IMG/VR virus record: IMGVR_UViG_3300010396_000023
Location: 1 to 44,269 of that record
DNA: 44,269 bases
Reading direction: 5' to 3' (one strand)
From: a virus
In this document: positions 1 through 7,880 of the stretch, in pieces
How positions within the stretch are numbered: the stretch's first letter is position 1
How the letters are laid out: every line of letters begins with the position of its first letter
The notes under the pieces: model-generated
Told to the model about the DNA's origin: nothing
Databases searched by the model: none
The model's input: only the letters and a program-made list of their open reading frames with translations
Program-made: the position numbers and the translations under genes

Positions 1-123
1 AAGTCGTAGGTAAGCCGGATGTGAAGCGTATATGCACCCTAGCAATGGCCCGGACGTTCTGGCCCACTCTGGACTCCCATTCCCAAACGGCCTTGATGTA
101 TTTCCACTTCGGAGACGCGGCAA
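1..123. repeat. Terminal direct repeat, left copy (identical to 44147..44269)
   Basis: The first 123 nt (aagtcgtaggtaagccggatgtgaag...cggagacgcggcaa) recur exactly as the last 123 nt of the window. The unique unit is 44,146 bp. Confidence 0.95.
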
Positions 124-422
124 AGCACATGGTGGAAAACGCCCACGACGCCGAGGCGGATGTGTACAACTTGATGAAACTGTGGTATAGTCTGTTTCTT
201 CCTACTATCACTCAGCGCATCGGCCTCCACCCCTCCTGGGAGCAGATTTGGGCTTTCTCCGAAGACTGTCGCATCCCCCGCATCATGACCTTCGGGAAGT
301 ACAAGGGTCAGTCCATCAACGACGTGGACCTGGGGTACATCCAGTGGTATCTTCGCCAACCCGACACCGACCCGTACGTGGTGGAGGCCTTCCACCGTGT
401 CCTTAAGGGAGAGCGCCTGTGA
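1..422 (+). CDS. DnaQ/ExoX-like DEDDh 3'-5' exonuclease, C-terminal part (gene starts at 43873 and wraps across the terminal repeat)
   Basis: The frame is continuous with the ORF starting at 43873 when position 44147 is equated with position 1 (first full codon at 3). It has an ExoIII-like HDAEADV motif. The C-terminal FGKYKGQSINDV..YIQWYL resembles the ExoX-type C-terminal domain. The stop at 420-422 overlaps the pol GTG (GTGA). Confidence 0.85.
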   Translation, partial: VVGKPDVKRICTLAMARTFWPTLDSHSQTALMYFHFGDAAKHMVENAHDAEADVYNLMKLWYSLFLPTITQRIGLHPSWEQIWAFSEDCRIPRIMTFGKYKGQSINDVDLGYIQWYLRQPDTDPYVVEAFHRVLKGERL

Positions 423-2917
423 CCATCCGCAAAGGCTCTGGCAATCCCCAGGCCCGCGTGATGGTGGTCGGTGAGGCTTGGGATTATAACTCCGAGCGCA
501 CCGGCCAGCCCTTTGAGGGCACCGCCGGCCAGGAATTCAACCGCATGCTCCAGGCCGCTGGGGTAATGTCCTCGGAGGTCTGGTTCACCAACCTCGTCAA
601 TGCCCGGCCTCCGCGCGACGACCTCGGGGAGTGGTTCGCCCTCACCAAGAAGGCCGTCACCCCCGACCATCTCCCTCTCCGGGATAAGATGGTCAAGCCT
701 ATAGTGCGGATGGGGTATGACTCCCTGATGGAGGAAATCCGCCTTGTCAACCCTAACGTCATCATCCCGGTCGGGAACTATGCCCTGTGGGCACTCACGG
801 GCGCTTGGGGTGCCCTCAAGTGGCGGGGTAGTATGCTTCGTCTGCCTGAGGAGCCGCATCCGAAAGTCATCCCTACCCTCCACCCCTCCGCTGTCATCCG
901 AGAGTGGAAATACCGTTCCATCGTCATTTCCGACCTCAAGCGAGCAGCCCGAGAAGCCCACTCCCGAGAGTGGTCCATCCCTCCCCGCGAGTGGAAGTTT
1001 ATCGTCCGACCCTCCTACACCACCGTCATGCTCACCCTTGCTGAGCTCAAGCGGCGACTCGACAAAGGAGAACGCTTGTGGATAGATTTAGATCTGGAAA
1101 CTCGGGCGGGTCATATCGCATGCTGCGGTCTGTCTTGGAGTCTGACCGACGCCCTTGTAGTCCCTCTCATGTGTGTCGAGAGTGCAGAGGGGTACTGGGC
1201 AGCGGAGGAGGAAGTCACCATCGTCTGGGCGCTGCGCCGCGTCCTCTGCCACTCGAACGTCAGTGTGCGATGGCAGAATGGCTTGTACGACGCGCAATAT
1301 ATCTGGCGTCACTGGCTCTTTGTACCGCGTGGGGTCCAAGACACTATGTTGTCGCAGCACACATGCTTCGTCGCAATGCCGAAGAGCTTGGCCTTCCAAT
1401 CCAGTATGTATTCGCCGCATTACGTATACTGGAAAGACGACGGGAAAACGTGGGGAGAAGAACAGAATGAAACTCAGCTGTGGTCCTACAATGCCCAAGA
1501 CTGCGTGCGGACGCGCGAGGTCGGGGAGAGCCTGGCCGATACGGTCAAGGCGCTCGGATTGGAAGAGGTCGAGGCCTTCCAGCAGAGGCTGTTCTGGCCC
1601 GTACTCCGCGCTATGCAGATTGGAGTGCGTGTCCTCCCTGCCGCCCGTAATGCCGTTATCACTGAACTCCAAGACGCCATAGCGGAGCGGGAGGAGTGGT
1701 TGGCCTTCGTCCTCGGCCATTCCCTCAACATAGCCTCCCCTCTGCAGATGAAGAAGCTGTTCTACGAAGACCTCAAGCAAGTTCCGGTGATGACACGGGC
1801 AACGAAGAAGAAACCCGCCACCATCACCTGCAACGACGAGGCCCTCGTCACCATCGCGAAACGGGAACCCCTCCTCAAGCCCCTCACCGTTTGCATTTCG
1901 GACATTCGGACACTCCAGATCTGGCTCAAGACCTTCGCAATGGCCAAGGTGGATTCGGACGGGCGGATGCGATGCTCCTTTAACATTGCAGGGAACGAGA
2001 CGAAGGAACAAGGGGCGGATGAGAAGGCCACCAAGGCTGCCCCCTACACTTACCGCCTCTCTTCCTCCGAGAACGCATTCGGCTCCGGGTTCAACATGCA
2101 AACCATCCCCTCGGATAAGAGTAAGTCCGCCGGGAAGGCAATCGCCCGTGGCTCCAAGATGCCCATCCCCAACCTCCGCAAGATGTTTGGACCCGATCCG
2201 GGGATGACTTTTTTTGACGCTGACTTGGACCGGGCAGACCTCCAGGTCGTTGTGTGGGAGGCAGATGATGCGATGCTTAAAGCGGCGCTCCGACAGGGGG
2301 TAGATATACACTTGCTCAACGCCTATGTCCTCGCTGGAAAAGAGCCGCCACCTCTTGACGAATTGGTTGAGAGTCATACAAAGTACAAGGATCACCGGGC
2401 GCCCTACAAAACCCAGCGAGAGTTCGCCAAGGTATTCTGTCACGCTACTGACTATGGAGGATCGGCTAAAACTATTGCAGGCCATACTGGACGAACTATC
2501 CACGAGGTAGATCGGGCACAGCGCATATGGTTTGGGGAGCATCCCGGCATCCATGCTTGGCATAAACGCGTCAATGATCAGATCACCCGCTATCATTTCA
2601 TCTCCAACCCCTTCGGCTATCGCTGGTACATCTTCGACCGCCTCGACAACGCGTTCACCGAGGCCCTAGCCTGGGTTCCCCAGTCCACTGTCGGCAATGT
2701 CATCAACCGCGTGTGGATGCAGTGGCATGACCATCTCCCTCAAGTCCAGACCCTTCTCCAAGTACACGACTCACTAGCAGGCCAGTTCCCCACACGCGAC
2801 GCCGATTGGATTAAGCCCCGCATGCTCGAGCTAGGAAAGATTGTAGTACCGTATGAAGACCCTCTGGTCATTCCCCTCGGCATGGGAACATCAGAGATTT
2901 CCTGGGGCGACTGCTGA
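419..2917 (+). CDS. Family A DNA polymerase with N-terminal uracil-DNA-glycosylase-like domain and 3'-5' exonuclease domain
   Basis: 832-aa ORF. The N-terminal ~180 aa look like a UDG family 4/5 fold (VMVVGEAWD, GQPFEGTAGQEF, WFTNLVNARPP, LHPSAV). This is followed by exo motif I (WIDLDLETR) and PolA motifs A (FFDADLDRADLQVV), B (REFAKVFCHATDYGG) and C (LLQVHDS). Confidence 0.9.
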   Translation: MTIRKGSGNPQARVMVVGEAWDYNSERTGQPFEGTAGQEFNRMLQAAGVMSSEVWFTNLVNARPPRDDLGEWFALTKKAVTPDHLPLRDKMVKPIVRMGYDSLMEEIRLVNPNVIIPVGNYALWALTGAWGALKWRGSMLRLPEEPHPKVIPTLHPSAVIREWKYRSIVISDLKRAAREAHSREWSIPPREWKFIVRPSYTTVMLTLAELKRRLDKGERLWIDLDLETRAGHIACCGLSWSLTDALVVPLMCVESAEGYWAAEEEVTIVWALRRVLCHSNVSVRWQNGLYDAQYIWRHWLFVPRGVQDTMLSQHTCFVAMPKSLAFQSSMYSPHYVYWKDDGKTWGEEQNETQLWSYNAQDCVRTREVGESLADTVKALGLEEVEAFQQRLFWPVLRAMQIGVRVLPAARNAVITELQDAIAEREEWLAFVLGHSLNIASPLQMKKLFYEDLKQVPVMTRATKKKPATITCNDEALVTIAKREPLLKPLTVCISDIRTLQIWLKTFAMAKVDSDGRMRCSFNIAGNETKEQGADEKATKAAPYTYRLSSSENAFGSGFNMQTIPSDKSKSAGKAIARGSKMPIPNLRKMFGPDPGMTFFDADLDRADLQVVVWEADDAMLKAALRQGVDIHLLNAYVLAGKEPPPLDELVESHTKYKDHRAPYKTQREFAKVFCHATDYGGSAKTIAGHTGRTIHEVDRAQRIWFGEHPGIHAWHKRVNDQITRYHFISNPFGYRWYIFDRLDNAFTEALAWVPQSTVGNVINRVWMQWHDHLPQVQTLLQVHDSLAGQFPTRDADWIKPRMLELGKIVVPYEDPLVIPLGMGTSEISWGDC

Positions 2918-2928
2918 GGGGGTGGGCA

Positions 2929-4164
2929 ATGGCCCGCGTACACAAAGACTGGTTATCCGCATTCCTCGACTTCTCCTCCTACGCGGAGAGCCCGAAGGAG
3001 ATGCGGTTTTGGGCGGGGGTGTCGGCAATTGCCGGTGCTCTCCGTCGTAAGGTATGGATCGATCAGGCATATTTCACATGGAGTCCAAACTTCTTCATCA
3101 TCCTAGTAGCCCCGCCGGGGATTGTATCCAAGTCCACCACGGCGGACCTCGCACTCTCCCTCCTCCGGGAGGTCCCCGGAATCAAGTTCGGCCCGGATGT
3201 AGTGACCTGGCCTGCCTTAGTTCAGGCACTTGCTGGGTCCTGCGAGAGCTTCGAGCTAAACGGGGAATACTACCCTATGTCGCCACTCACCCTTGTCGCA
3301 AGCGAGCTGGGGAACCTCATCCAGCCGCAGGACAGGGAACTCATCAATATGTACATCCATCTCTGGGACGGGAAGAAGTCGGTGGAGAAGGTCACCAAGA
3401 CTTCGGGGAATGATGTGGTGGAGGCTCCGTGGGTGAACATGATCGGCTGCACCACTCCCCACTGGATCGCCGACAATATGCCTCCCGCCACGGTGGGCGG
3501 AGGATTCACTTCCCGCTGCATCTTCGTCTATGCGGATAAGAAAGAACAGTTCGTGGCGTACCCTCGCTTCAACATCCCCGAGGGGTTCGCTGAGCGTCGC
3601 CTCGCCCTCATCCAGGACCTCGAACACATCTCCACCCACCTATGCGGGGAGTACATCCTCACCCGCGATGCCATCCGATGGGGAGAGAAGTGGTATCGTG
3701 ACCTCTGGACCAACCGGCCGCCCGAGCTCTCCTCGGAGAAACTCGATGGCTACGTGGCCCGGAAACAGACCCACCTCCACAAACTCGCGATGGTTGTGGC
3801 GGCCTCTCAGCGGGACGAACTCACCATCACGGAGGCCGATCTGGCCTTTGCCCAGAGTATGCTCGTCTCGGTGGAGTTGGACATGGAGAAAGTATTCTCC
3901 CGGATCGGGAAGACCGAGAATGCTCTCCAGGTGGAGAACCTCCTCGCCTATATCCAGGCTCGGGGGGCGGTCCCGGTCGACGAGGCTTATCGCTACATGA
4001 TGGCCCACTTCCCCGATTCGCGGGAGTTGGACGGGGTATTCAACGGGTTGGTGAAGGGTGGGATGGTTAACCTGGAGCAAAGGGGAATGGATATGTGGAT
4101 GATATGGCGGGATACGTCCGGGAAACGAACAGCCCCGTTAACCGGGAATAAGGAGCCTTCATGA
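2929..4164 (+). CDS. VirE/DUF3987-like P-loop NTPase (putative replicative helicase or primase-associated protein)
   Basis: 411-aa ORF directly after the pol gene. It has a deviant Walker A (LVAPPGIVSKSTTADL), a VirE-like acidic box (LVASELGNL) and NMIGCTT. Family assignment is from motif memory only. Confidence 0.6.
   Translation: MARVHKDWLSAFLDFSSYAESPKEMRFWAGVSAIAGALRRKVWIDQAYFTWSPNFFIILVAPPGIVSKSTTADLALSLLREVPGIKFGPDVVTWPALVQALAGSCESFELNGEYYPMSPLTLVASELGNLIQPQDRELINMYIHLWDGKKSVEKVTKTSGNDVVEAPWVNMIGCTTPHWIADNMPPATVGGGFTSRCIFVYADKKEQFVAYPRFNIPEGFAERRLALIQDLEHISTHLCGEYILTRDAIRWGEKWYRDLWTNRPPELSSEKLDGYVARKQTHLHKLAMVVAASQRDELTITEADLAFAQSMLVSVELDMEKVFSRIGKTENALQVENLLAYIQARGAVPVDEAYRYMMAHFPDSRELDGVFNGLVKGGMVNLEQRGMDMWMIWRDTSGKRTAPLTGNKEPS
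4118..4145. promoter_or_regulatory. CCGGGAAAC-N10-GTTaaCCGG palindrome (member of a repeated element family)
   Basis: The left half-site is exact and the right half has 2 mismatches, with an exact 10-nt spacer. It ends 16 nt upstream of the ATG at 4161. Confidence 0.5.
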
Positions 4165-4496
4165 AGCCCCCCACAATCCGTGAGGTCATATCCTCGATGG
4201 GCTATTGCTGCCCCAAGCTCTTCTTCACCATCTTCCCTTCCACCCTCACGGCGTCCCTCCGCTTGGGCTTCAGCCGCCGGGCCATCAAGTACGCCAAGCA
4301 AAAAGCCCGCACCGAGGGGTGTGCGGGCTGTGGGGGTTGCCAGTGGCCTATGCTGGCTGTACTAGAGCGCGCAGTGCAGCAACGCCGGCATCAGCTGAGT
4401 GATCCTCCACCGACAAGCCGCCCGGCCACTCCTCCGGCCGAATCACCGATAGTTGTCCGGCGTGGAGCCATAGGTGATCCCGAGGAGGATGACTAG
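4161..4496 (+). CDS. Hypothetical protein (uncertain ORF at the convergence point)
   Basis: An ATGA overlap with the upstream stop and a TAAGGAG 5 nt upstream favour translation. Against this, the last ~150 nt run antisense through the lipase-like gene and the ORF spans the late-operon terminator hairpin. Confidence 0.3.
   Translation: MKPPTIREVISSMGYCCPKLFFTIFPSTLTASLRLGFSRRAIKYAKQKARTEGCAGCGGCQWPMLAVLERAVQQRRHQLSDPPPTSRPATPPAESPIVVRRGAIGDPEEDD
4299..4329 (-). terminator. Intrinsic terminator of the leftward late operon
   Basis: A perfect 9-bp stem (agcccgcac 4304-4312 / gtgcgggct 4321-4329) with an 8-nt loop. On the minus strand it is followed by TTTTG, 19 nt downstream of the lipase-like stop at 4348. 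Confidence 0.7.
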
Positions 4497-5046
4497 CACC
4501 CCAATCTGTGACGAAGGGGTAGCCGAAGAAGATATCCCCCTGGTGGACTACGCTCACCGTGTCCTCCCTCCCATACGCCGCCCAATACGCGGCGTTTGCG
4601 GCTTTCGGGCTCTCGAACACATGGAGGCCAGCGAGACGGGACTCCGGGCAGAACAGCGGGGAGTAGTATGTCCGCCACCCGCCCAGACTATGCCCTTCCA
4701 CCCAAACCGGAGCGGTAGCGGGGAGGTTGGCAAAGACCCATTTCCACAACCCAAACAGACCCTCGAAGGGACCCGAGGCCACCTTCGCCCCGCCCCCCAC
4801 GTCCTTCCCCTCCACCTCCAGGTCCTTCAGCAGGTCCTCCACCTGCCCGTCGGAGAATCGCGTCCCGGAGATGGAGAGGAATCCTGTCCCCTCCCGCATG
4901 GTCAGTGCCGCTTGCACACTCCCCTCCCGATACTGACCTACCCAGGTCTGTCCCAACGCCTCGAACGCTCCACGCGCAGCTTCTGCGTCCATCACATAAG
5001 CCGCGCGGGCGCGTTCATACGCTGCTAGGACTTCCTCCAGGTTCAC
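4348..5046 (-). CDS. Lipase class 3-like alpha/beta serine hydrolase, last gene of the lysis cassette
   Basis: 232 aa. It has the nucleophile elbow VEGHSLGGW, a downstream HQGDIFF (candidate Asp) and a C-terminal VEDHSAD (candidate His). The GTG start overlaps the lipoprotein stop (GTGA). Confidence 0.7.
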   Translation of the reverse strand: MNLEEVLAAYERARAAYVMDAEAARGAFEALGQTWVGQYREGSVQAALTMREGTGFLSISGTRFSDGQVEDLLKDLEVEGKDVGGGAKVASGPFEGLFGLWKWVFANLPATAPVWVEGHSLGGWRTYYSPLFCPESRLAGLHVFESPKAANAAYWAAYGREDTVSVVHQGDIFFGYPFVTDWGASHPPRDHLWLHAGQLSVIRPEEWPGGLSVEDHSADAGVAALRALVQPA

Positions 5047-5354
5047 GGCGCGCTCGCGGGTTGTGGGGCGGATGCAGCGGCCACCGCACTAGCAGCCTGA
5101 GCGGCCACATCTGCTGTCGCACACACCACACTATTCGCCGCCGCCGCAGCTGCAATCTTGGGATCGGCCGCACCCGCTGCGAGCAGAGTTGGCTGAACCA
5201 CCTTACACCCGTTGCTGATGGCTTGTAAGGCCAGCGCGTTGGTTTTGTTCAGGTTGCCCAGGGTGGTGTTAAAGTTCGCCTGTTGGGCTGTCGAGCACCC
5301 CGCCAGGATATACCCCAGCACCACCAGCACCGCCACCGTCACGATCTGTTTCAT
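5043..5354 (-). CDS. Lipoprotein (o-spanin-like lysis accessory)
   Basis: Start trimmed to MKQIVTVAVLVVLGYILAGCSTAQQ, a signal peptide with lipobox LAGC. GGAGG lies upstream. An ATGA overlap links it to the preceding small TM gene. Confidence 0.75.
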   Translation of the reverse strand: MKQIVTVAVLVVLGYILAGCSTAQQANFNTTLGNLNKTNALALQAISNGCKVVQPTLLAAGAADPKIAAAAAANSVVCATADVAAQAASAVAAASAPQPASAP

Positions 5355-5533
5355 TTCGAACCTCCACGATTGAGAAGGGCATGACCGACTGCAAGGACCA
5401 ACGCCCCCAAAGTTCCCGCCACCTCGATCGGTGGAGGGGTGATATGGGCAGCCTGACAAGCCCATGTAATGACACCACCGAGCATCGCGCCTGAAATTGC
5501 AATGGCTCCGGTGTTGGTAGGTGAACCACCCAT
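5351..5533 (-). CDS. Small two-TM membrane protein (holin/antiholin-like)
   Basis: 60 aa with two hydrophobic segments (GAIAISGAMLGGVITWACQAA and VAGTLGALVLAVGHALL). It sits between the endolysin and the lipoprotein. Confidence 0.6.
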   Translation of the reverse strand: MGGSPTNTGAIAISGAMLGGVITWACQAAHITPPPIEVAGTLGALVLAVGHALLNRGGSK

Positions 5534-5558
5534 CTTAACCTCCTCGCGCGTACCGACA

Positions 5559-6080
5559 CTAAAGGCAGTCGGAGATGGTACGCATCATCTCCGTCCCGCG
5601 GTGAATCCACCCTCGACCTTCAGCCGACCATCCCGCACACTCCGTCCAGTAGTCTTCTCGGTCCGCCAGGAATCGAAGGACCACCACGGCGAGCGGATGG
5701 GAGCGCACAGCGGCGATTGTCACCGCCCCAATCCTCCCATCCACTGGTACCCCCACTGCCCGTTGCAACCACTGTGCGGGGTGCCCGCCGTTATAGGCTG
5801 CGTCAAACACCAGCCATCCAATCACCGGATTGAACTGGTCACACTGGTAAGGGTCCCAATAGCGCTCCTTCGCAAGGGCTTGCGCGCCTCCATAGGTAAG
5901 TGAAGCAATATCCACCTCCGGGAACGCCGCAGCAGAAATCCCAAACCTCGAACCCACAAGCTTTCCTGCTCCGATCTCCCCGCCCGTCCAATTCCCTCGG
6001 TCATTCGGATCGGTGGATAGTTTCCCATCTCCCTCCAGTCCGCACGTAAGCCTGAACGCATCTGCATAGCCCGTAATCAT
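5559..6080 (-). CDS. Endolysin, GH108-type muramidase with PG_binding_3-like C-terminus
   Basis: Start trimmed to MITGYADAF (GGAGGGAG upstream). GLEGDGKLSTDPNDRGNWTGG matches the GH108 EGG..DP.D.GG.T signature. GVPVDGRIGAVTIAAV is typical of the peptidoglycan-binding domain. Confidence 0.85.
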   Translation of the reverse strand: MITGYADAFRLTCGLEGDGKLSTDPNDRGNWTGGEIGAGKLVGSRFGISAAAFPEVDIASLTYGGAQALAKERYWDPYQCDQFNPVIGWLVFDAAYNGGHPAQWLQRAVGVPVDGRIGAVTIAAVRSHPLAVVVLRFLADREDYWTECAGWSAEGRGWIHRGTEMMRTISDCL

Positions 6081-6241
6081 TTCTCCCTCCGTTTGGCCGC
6101 CCACTCTGACAAGCGGATGGTGTACCAAACAATCGTCAGAAATGAAGCCACACCCGCCAGTACCTCCGGTAGTGCATGTAACACCGACAACATCGCGGCC
6201 CCCGCTGCCGTAATATCCACTACATGCTTTGCGCCTTCCAT
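6077..6241 (-). CDS. Holin-like small membrane protein
   Basis: Start trimmed to MEGAKHVVDITAAGAAMLSVLHALPEVLAGVASFLTIVWYTI...KRREK (54 aa, hydrophobic core, basic tail). AGGAG lies upstream. The stop overlaps the endolysin ATG (ATGA). Confidence 0.7.
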   Translation of the reverse strand: MEGAKHVVDITAAGAAMLSVLHALPEVLAGVASFLTIVWYTIRLSEWAAKRREK

Positions 6242-6251
6242 GGCGGTCTCC

Positions 6252-7868
6252 TTAGTTTGGTAACGGTCCCGATACTTCCCAGTACACAATAGAGGTTCCC
6301 GCCGGACCTCCAGTGTTAAGCACAATCTGAGAAGAAGCCGGACTGGTTACATACACGGTAGAAGTCGAACTGGTGGGTGCAATCAATGACACATTTATCG
6401 ATTCAGGAGTAGCTGCTAAACTAAATGGAAATGCAACTGTAACGGGAGTTCCTGCCGTAACAGTTACTTGCCCGTATATACGCATTTTTGCATTACTCAA
6501 AGGTTCATAAAACACCGGGCCCGCATACCCCGGCCAGTTTGCTGTAGAACCGAAACGATTTGTAACTGAGATAAACTCGTTCGGACCGATCCGGATATTA
6601 GGACCATTACCTGTTCCAAAGGTTATAGCAACCTGGAAAGTGTTAAAAGTATTTCCCGTAATATTTGCACTGTCTACACTGGCCAGCGCGATAGCATCTG
6701 ATGCTGCATTACCTCCAAAAAAGTTGCCTCCATGAATCTCAATCCCACCGCCTGAAAGGCTCAGCCACGTACCCCCGTTGGTTAATACATCTCCAAGCCA
6801 GTTACTGGCGAATTCCAGCCCATTAAAAGGGTTTGTTGGAAAGTTTACCATGGCCCCAGCCTCCACATTGCCGGGTGTACCACTATTATATCCTTCAAAA
6901 GTGTTGCCTTTAACCCACCAAGCCTGACCACCGCCTTGGATTGGGATCTGACTAGTATCTATAAACTGACATTGTGTGATCTTTACGACGTTTGAAAAAC
7001 TACTATTATTCGCTCCATTGATCGCATAGAGCAGTTGCCCAAACACACAAGAATCGATTTCTACTTCAATTGCCTTATCGAGGGTAATCGCCTTGGCAAT
7101 GTACTTAGCAGCGCCACTTCCGTAGAAGCCGCATCTGCGGATTTTGGTAAAGGCTGAGTTTGCCGGAGACGAACCCAGTCCCACAATGAAGCCTGTAAAA
7201 CTTGCATTTTTGGTAATAAACTGTATGCCTTCAATGCATAGAGCTACCGAGCCCGGTGCGTTGATAAAGTTAGCCGCACCCGTTGCGTTTACGTACACAA
7301 GGGTCGTTGCCGCAGCACCTGCTGTAACCCCGCCATCTCCTTTAACCGTTATACCTGTTTTATTGGTGAAATCCGGCCAAGCCGATATGGCATACGTGCG
7401 CCCTCCTGGTAGGTACAAAAGGCCTCCAGCTGCTGGTAATGCCGCAACGTAACTGGCTAAGGCCGGTGCATCGTCATGTGTTCCATCTCCATAGGCACCA
7501 AATGTAAAAATAGAAACTGGGTAGCTAGCATTTAGATACCAGCGTGTCCCATCAGCTCCTACAATAATCGTGCCATTATTGTCGAGAGAAGTCATATCAG
7601 CCAAATTGGCCCAATACAGCCCTCCACCCCCATCTCCAGAGACTCTATATCCGGTCACAAACACAAAGGGAGTAATGGAGGTTCTCACCGCCGCGCGTAA
7701 AGCTGCAATACTAGTCCGCACCGTATTGACTTGTAACGTAGCTGCAAGGCCTGGATTAACCGGAGTAGTTCCGTCCTGTCCTAACACCCGATACACGGCA
7801 TCATTAATGTCCTGACACCACGGCGCAGTAACCACCGTGATCTGCGATTGAAAGGTCGTATCCGTCAT
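6252..7868 (-). CDS. Tailspike / depolymerase with pectate-lyase-like right-handed beta-helix
   Basis: 538 aa. FGAYGDGTHDDAPAL is the Pectate_lyase_3-type signature. Repetitive G/N/T-rich beta-helix-like sequence follows. It is the last structural gene and has visibly lower GC than its neighbours. Confidence 0.8.
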   Translation of the reverse strand: MTDTTFQSQITVVTAPWCQDINDAVYRVLGQDGTTPVNPGLAATLQVNTVRTSIAALRAAVRTSITPFVFVTGYRVSGDGGGGLYWANLADMTSLDNNGTIIVGADGTRWYLNASYPVSIFTFGAYGDGTHDDAPALASYVAALPAAGGLLYLPGGRTYAISAWPDFTNKTGITVKGDGGVTAGAAATTLVYVNATGAANFINAPGSVALCIEGIQFITKNASFTGFIVGLGSSPANSAFTKIRRCGFYGSGAAKYIAKAITLDKAIEVEIDSCVFGQLLYAINGANNSSFSNVVKITQCQFIDTSQIPIQGGGQAWWVKGNTFEGYNSGTPGNVEAGAMVNFPTNPFNGLEFASNWLGDVLTNGGTWLSLSGGGIEIHGGNFFGGNAASDAIALASVDSANITGNTFNTFQVAITFGTGNGPNIRIGPNEFISVTNRFGSTANWPGYAGPVFYEPLSNAKMRIYGQVTVTAGTPVTVAFPFSLAATPESINVSLIAPTSSTSTVYVTSPASSQIVLNTGGPAGTSIVYWEVSGPLPN

Positions 7869-7880
7869 TTTATTCTCCGT

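Noticed and set aside
1088-2596. 502-aa minus-strand ORF antisense to the DNA polymerase gene.
   Set aside because: The polymerase frame carries clear PolA motifs. The antisense ORF has Arg/Gly/Pro/Leu-rich composition with no motifs or RBS, which is typical of open antisense frames in high-GC DNA.
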